Under the pieces are notes generated by a model that saw nothing but the letters and a program-made list of their open reading frames with translations, did no database searches and was not told the DNA's origin. A stretch of 64,000 nucleotides of DNA from positions 15,955,820-16,019,819 of the forward strand of contig NC_092396.1 of NCBI RefSeq assembly GCF_030028105.1, in the 5' to 3' direction. Made by a program: the position numbers and the translations under genes. Source of the DNA: Mobula birostris. Lineage: Eukaryota. Positions 59,640 through 64,000 of this stretch are shown piece by piece. Position 1 is the first letter of the stretch. Each line of letters begins with the position of its first letter.

Positions 59640-62600
59640 GCTGGCAAATAAGGCACCAGGAGCTTGGACTCCCGTGTTCAGTTGAGTGGAGTTTGGCTTA
59701 CTGCTGTATTGTGTACTTCTACCTCACACACAAGAAGAGTAGTTCAGTAAAAAGATGACAGCACAGCTGACCGAACAGCATACGAACAGTCGATGGCAGT
59801 GAATGACAAGCATTGTGGATGCGCCGTACCCGAAACACACCCCACCAGAGGAAAGGCAAAGCTCACCAGCCCGAGCGTCTAACAGTTCTCGTCGCCGTTC
59901 ATTGCGATCGTGCAGATCATCAGCTGATTGTGCAGCATCACCAGGCGGAGCGAAGGCAGAGGCTGCGCCAACACGTGCTACATTTGCAGAGGGGGAGATT
60001 GCCATTAAAACTGACGAAAATTGGCTAGAGGCTAATTTGGAAGCCTTGCTTTTTCAAAAATAGGCTGCAGCTTCTGTCGCTCAGGCGGAGATATTGGAGG
60101 CAGCAGAAGAGCAAGAGGGTGAGGGGCTTCACAGTAGAAAAAGCCACTCAGCATCAAACCAGGACACATAATAACGTGTGAGTGGTTGTGTTAGGGACCA
60201 AGCCAAACGTCTTACCAGCAGTCTGAGTCTCCCTGCTACATAACCAGGATCAACGGCTGCACTCCGTTCAATTTAGCTCTCACACTTCGCCTAACCCCCC
60301 TTGGAAAAAGACAGTAAGCAGCAGCCTGCAACAATGGTTACCCCCCCCCCCCCGCCCCTAGTAAATTGTTCACAGCGGAGCTCAGAAATACTTAATCCTT
60401 CACATATGTTACGCAACTCTTACTTACCCGTCTAGCACCAAACAATGAATTTACCTACGGTTAAAACAGAGGAGACAATGCCAAGATTTGACAGGGAACA
60501 ATCCACGTTGACAGCCAAGGTTTAATACGCTTCATTACAACACACATAAAAGTTGCTGGTGAACGCAGCAGGCCAGGCAGCACCTCTAGGAAGAGGTACA
60601 GTCGACGTTTCGGGCCGAGACCCTTCGTCATTACAACAGTCGTTTACCAGAGAGGGCCGCGCAGAGTCTTCAGGCATGAAGAATATGGCAAAGTGTTTGG
60701 CGTGCATAGAGCTCGTGAGCACCGGCCTATCACACTTTCCGATTACCGCTCAGAAGGTTATAGAGCATGGAAGCAATCTTTTAACAATACAGCCCAAGCC
60801 CAGGATCAGAATTGTTGAAGTGGCTTGGTACGGAATCCTCGGACTGTTTAGAACAGTTCAGAAACGAGCCCCAGTTGCAGCTTTAAGAATGACCCGGGGC
60901 AGGCTCGAAGAATGTTCCACTGCACTGGAGGTAAGGGAAAGTGCATTTTTTCAAGGAGCTGGATGGCTTTCCACAGATTTCAAATGAGGTTAACAAAGTT
61001 AAGAGAGCTTGGGAATCTGTTAACGGAGCTGCTTTCAGCAAATTTAGACACTTCCCGCGACATTAGTCCTATTGCTGGAAAGCTGTCACACTCTTCGCAA
61101 GAGAAATGGATTTCTCAAGGTTCAAAGTGCAAAGAGGAAAATGGAGTCACATATCTCTCCCTTTTCTTCCTTCACTGATTTTGCCTGCCGTCAAGGTAAA
61201 ATAAGAGCTACAGCTCATCCTGGAGAAGGCACATCTGAAGCACACAAACATTAAGACTCTAGTGTCAGTGTCATCCTACAGTTCAGAATGAATCTGTACT
61301 TAAAGATGACCCAGCAAAACATTGTCCCATTCATAATAAAGCCTCATCTGTTGTGAAAGTAAGTGTAGTGGCATAAGGTTAAAAACCGTTGAGGAAGGAA
61401 AGGCTTATCTGAAAGAGCAAGGGATTTGCTTCAGATTCTGTTCTTCATCCTGTCACCTCGCACGTAACCGTAAGTGTGATGAATGCAACAGCAGTCATGT
61501 TACAAGCACTACATCATGGTCTTCCTCTGCGGGCATCCAAGGTTTCACATCACCACTTCAGGGTACGCGGGAGGAAGAAACTTTGCCGTCTGTGAAGTCT
61601 TCATGCACAGAGGTTTGTAACAACAGTCTAGCCACTAAAATCTGTTCCAATATACTCTGAATGTGTATCTGAAAGGGCGTACAGGGTGTCCGGGGAAGGG
61701 TTGCACCTCTGGTGAAGGGGCTTGTCATGTCTTTTCCGGAGCAGTTTACTTACTTTTGGTCCCCACTGGACACTCAGCTCTCACCTGTAGCACCATGGTA
61801 CACTAGGCGGGCTAAACCAGGTGAAGGTAGCTGGTGGCCTCATACCCTGGTGAGATAGGGATAGCCTGTCCTAGCATCCGAAGTCAGCTTCCGTAGACTG
61901 GGCAGATGAGATCTGCAGTGAGATCCAACTGTTAGGAAGACGATACTGCAGTGGTCCGTGGAGAGCAAAGCGCATGACAAGGCATTCACTGCAACCAACG
62001 AAGACCTCAGTTTGTGACACTTGCTCGTACCAGCTGACCTGGATTTCTGAGGTCTACAGAGTGGAACTACCCCAGTGCAACGGCTCTTGCAGTTTAAAAA
62101 AAAACTCTCCAGTACAGGTTTCCTGTCATCGTCGGACATGATGTACAACCACCATCATAAAGGGCAACGGGAGAATGCTTTCAAGATGTACGCTACGCTC
62201 GATGACCAGAGCAAAAGATCCTTAGCTTCGTCAGAGTTCTTTGTTTGGCATTCATTGTGATTCATCCTACATTTTGAAGACCTGTGCTGCTGTAATGGAG
62301 AGATCAGGCAGAAGAACAACAGGTTATCAGATTGAGGCATGGAATGGTGACATTACTCTTAAACTTCCAACACTGATTGAGTTCAATGTCATTCCAGACA
62401 ATCGCGAAGAAATACCAGTTCCAGAGGCTGCTTTCTACCCACTTCAAGCGTCTCGCCGACCAGATCCCACTCTAGCCCAAACCTTACTTCATCTTGGGCC
62501 AGATATCCTCAGAGCACATACAGTCGGGAAGCATCTCAATGGTCTTGGCAATGCACCCTTCACATAGGATGGGTCCTTGTTAGTGATATGTACTCAGGGA

Positions 62601-64000
62601 GTGCCCACAAGCCAACTGTTCACAAGTTTAAAACAAACATTTCGGAAAATGGGAGGCGTTCACTGTTCAGACCTCGCACAAGCTATGCTAACCTTAAAGA
62701 AAAGGTAAACTGCAGTTCACATTCTCGACATGGTCTCTCACAAAGCGTCAGTATCAACAGAACGTCCCAGGATAACTTGCATCCTCAGGTAGATATTTCA
62801 GACACTGAACTTGGCCAAAGAAAAGAATTAGCTGAACACAGTTTCTCTAGCAAAACCGCAGGGCAAATTCAGGATATGGTGGAAAATCTCCAAAGACTAA
62901 TGGAACTCGTCCCAGAAATGAAAAGGTTTCTGGGCAGCCATTAAGAGGTAAAAGGCATGTAGAACAACAACTGTGTGATTAGATGGCAGTGAATGGAGGG
63001 TGTGTCAACACAGTGTTTTGCGTAGAGCGTGTGGTTCACAACCACCCAGCAACTGCGCAAGATGCAGTGAAGGACTGTAAGGCGCAGGGACACGTATATC
63101 AACAGCCAAGGCTGCACTTGGGACTTTAATCCACCACACTCGCCACCCACGGGTGGGGCATGGGAGTGCGTAACTGGAGGGTCGAGGAGAATCTTGGACT
63201 CGATGCTGATGTGCACCCTTCCAAGTAAAAATTGGAAAGTTCGCAAAGTGAGAGTTCAAACTTCCAGCTTGAGTCATGAGGTTCTGTGCAATCTCATGGC
63301 AGAAGTAACGACAATTATCAACTCGATGTCATTGGTTCCTGTCTTTAATTCTTACTCATGCTTCTCACACAGAGAAGCAGCGCACTGCCCCTACTGGAAA
63401 GATTACAGGACTGGACCTCTATAAATAGCAGTGGCGTCAAGTGCAAAGTTTAGCTCATTAATTCTGCATGTGATGGAAACAAGAATATCTGCGGACATGG
63501 CAAGTTCACCACAAATGGCGCGAGTCATGCTCTAACATTGAAGAAGGTGATTTGTTCTTCTGAAGGACGGCAGAATAGTCCAAAACGACTGGCCCATGGC
63601 ATCAGTAACAAGTGAAGATAGGAAAGTTGGAAAAGTAGAGCTCAAGGTGACAAAACAAGGGTGAAGCAAGAAGTTTTTCGGACCTGTGCCTGAAATTGTT
63701 CTGCTGAAAACGTAGGACCGAACATTGTAACCTGAACCTTTAACTGTGACATCTTTATAGATGTCGGGCGGGGTGTGTTCCGTCTTTTACTTTGAAATAT
63801 AGCCCTGCAGACTTTTATTCTGATTGTGCTGCTGACTTTAATTCTACACCCTTTCCTCGTTCTATGCGTCTTCAGACAATGCGGATTCACAGTTCTGCAA
63901 GGAACAAAAACTCTCAGTTAAGCGAGGAGCACTGCTTTCCCGCCAATACAAGACACGTGCGCACGCCTCACGGTCTCTCTCCCGCCAGTCTTGCACTGGT
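59640..64000 (+). mobile_element. BEL/Pao LTR retrotransposon relic (internally deleted) with start of 3' LTR
   Basis: Protease YATLDDQSKRSLASSEFF, LKTC...LPTLIEFNVIPDNREEIP, integrase LSHEVLCNLMAEVTTIIN, QWRQVQSLA...WKQEYL; polypurine tract gggcggggtg then TGTTCC LTR start at about 63776. Confidence 0.88.
60543..60627 (-). mobile_element. Short Penelope terminal fragment inserted in the BEL element, 11-bp TSD
   Basis: Reverse-complemented gacgaagggtctcggcccgaaacgtcgact; TCATTACAACA at 60532-60542 and 60628-60638. Confidence 0.8.

Overview
Vertebrate genomic DNA, most likely from a cartilaginous fish (ray or shark), judged from its CR1, Rex1/Babar, Penelope and tRNA-SINE repeats. It holds two host genes, both on the minus strand: coding exon 1 and the CpG-island promoter of PANK4 (3531-3672), and a complete 4-exon HES3/her3-type bHLH-Orange-WRPW gene (CDS 47505-50000, 248 aa). 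Much of the rest is degenerate retroelements: a near full-length CR1, Gypsy and BEL/Pao relics, and many Penelope fragments carrying minimal hammerhead-ribozyme motifs. The main unexplained structure is a non-coding cassette present four times with conserved order and orientation: block A (about 530-770 bp, about 95% identical by eye), optional block C (about 240 bp), then block B (about 250-290 bp). Three copies lie in tandem on + (17.8-23.1, 24.3-30.7, 37.7-42.5 kb). The fourth is inverted (55.3-50.6 kb) and lies directly upstream of the HES3 promoter. Spacers between blocks are unrelated and hold different transposons, and the A copies show a mosaic variant pattern suggestive of gene conversion. 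My inference is an amplified HES3 enhancer array inside a CpG-retaining domain of about 39 kb. TE boundaries and identity figures are approximate, read by eye.
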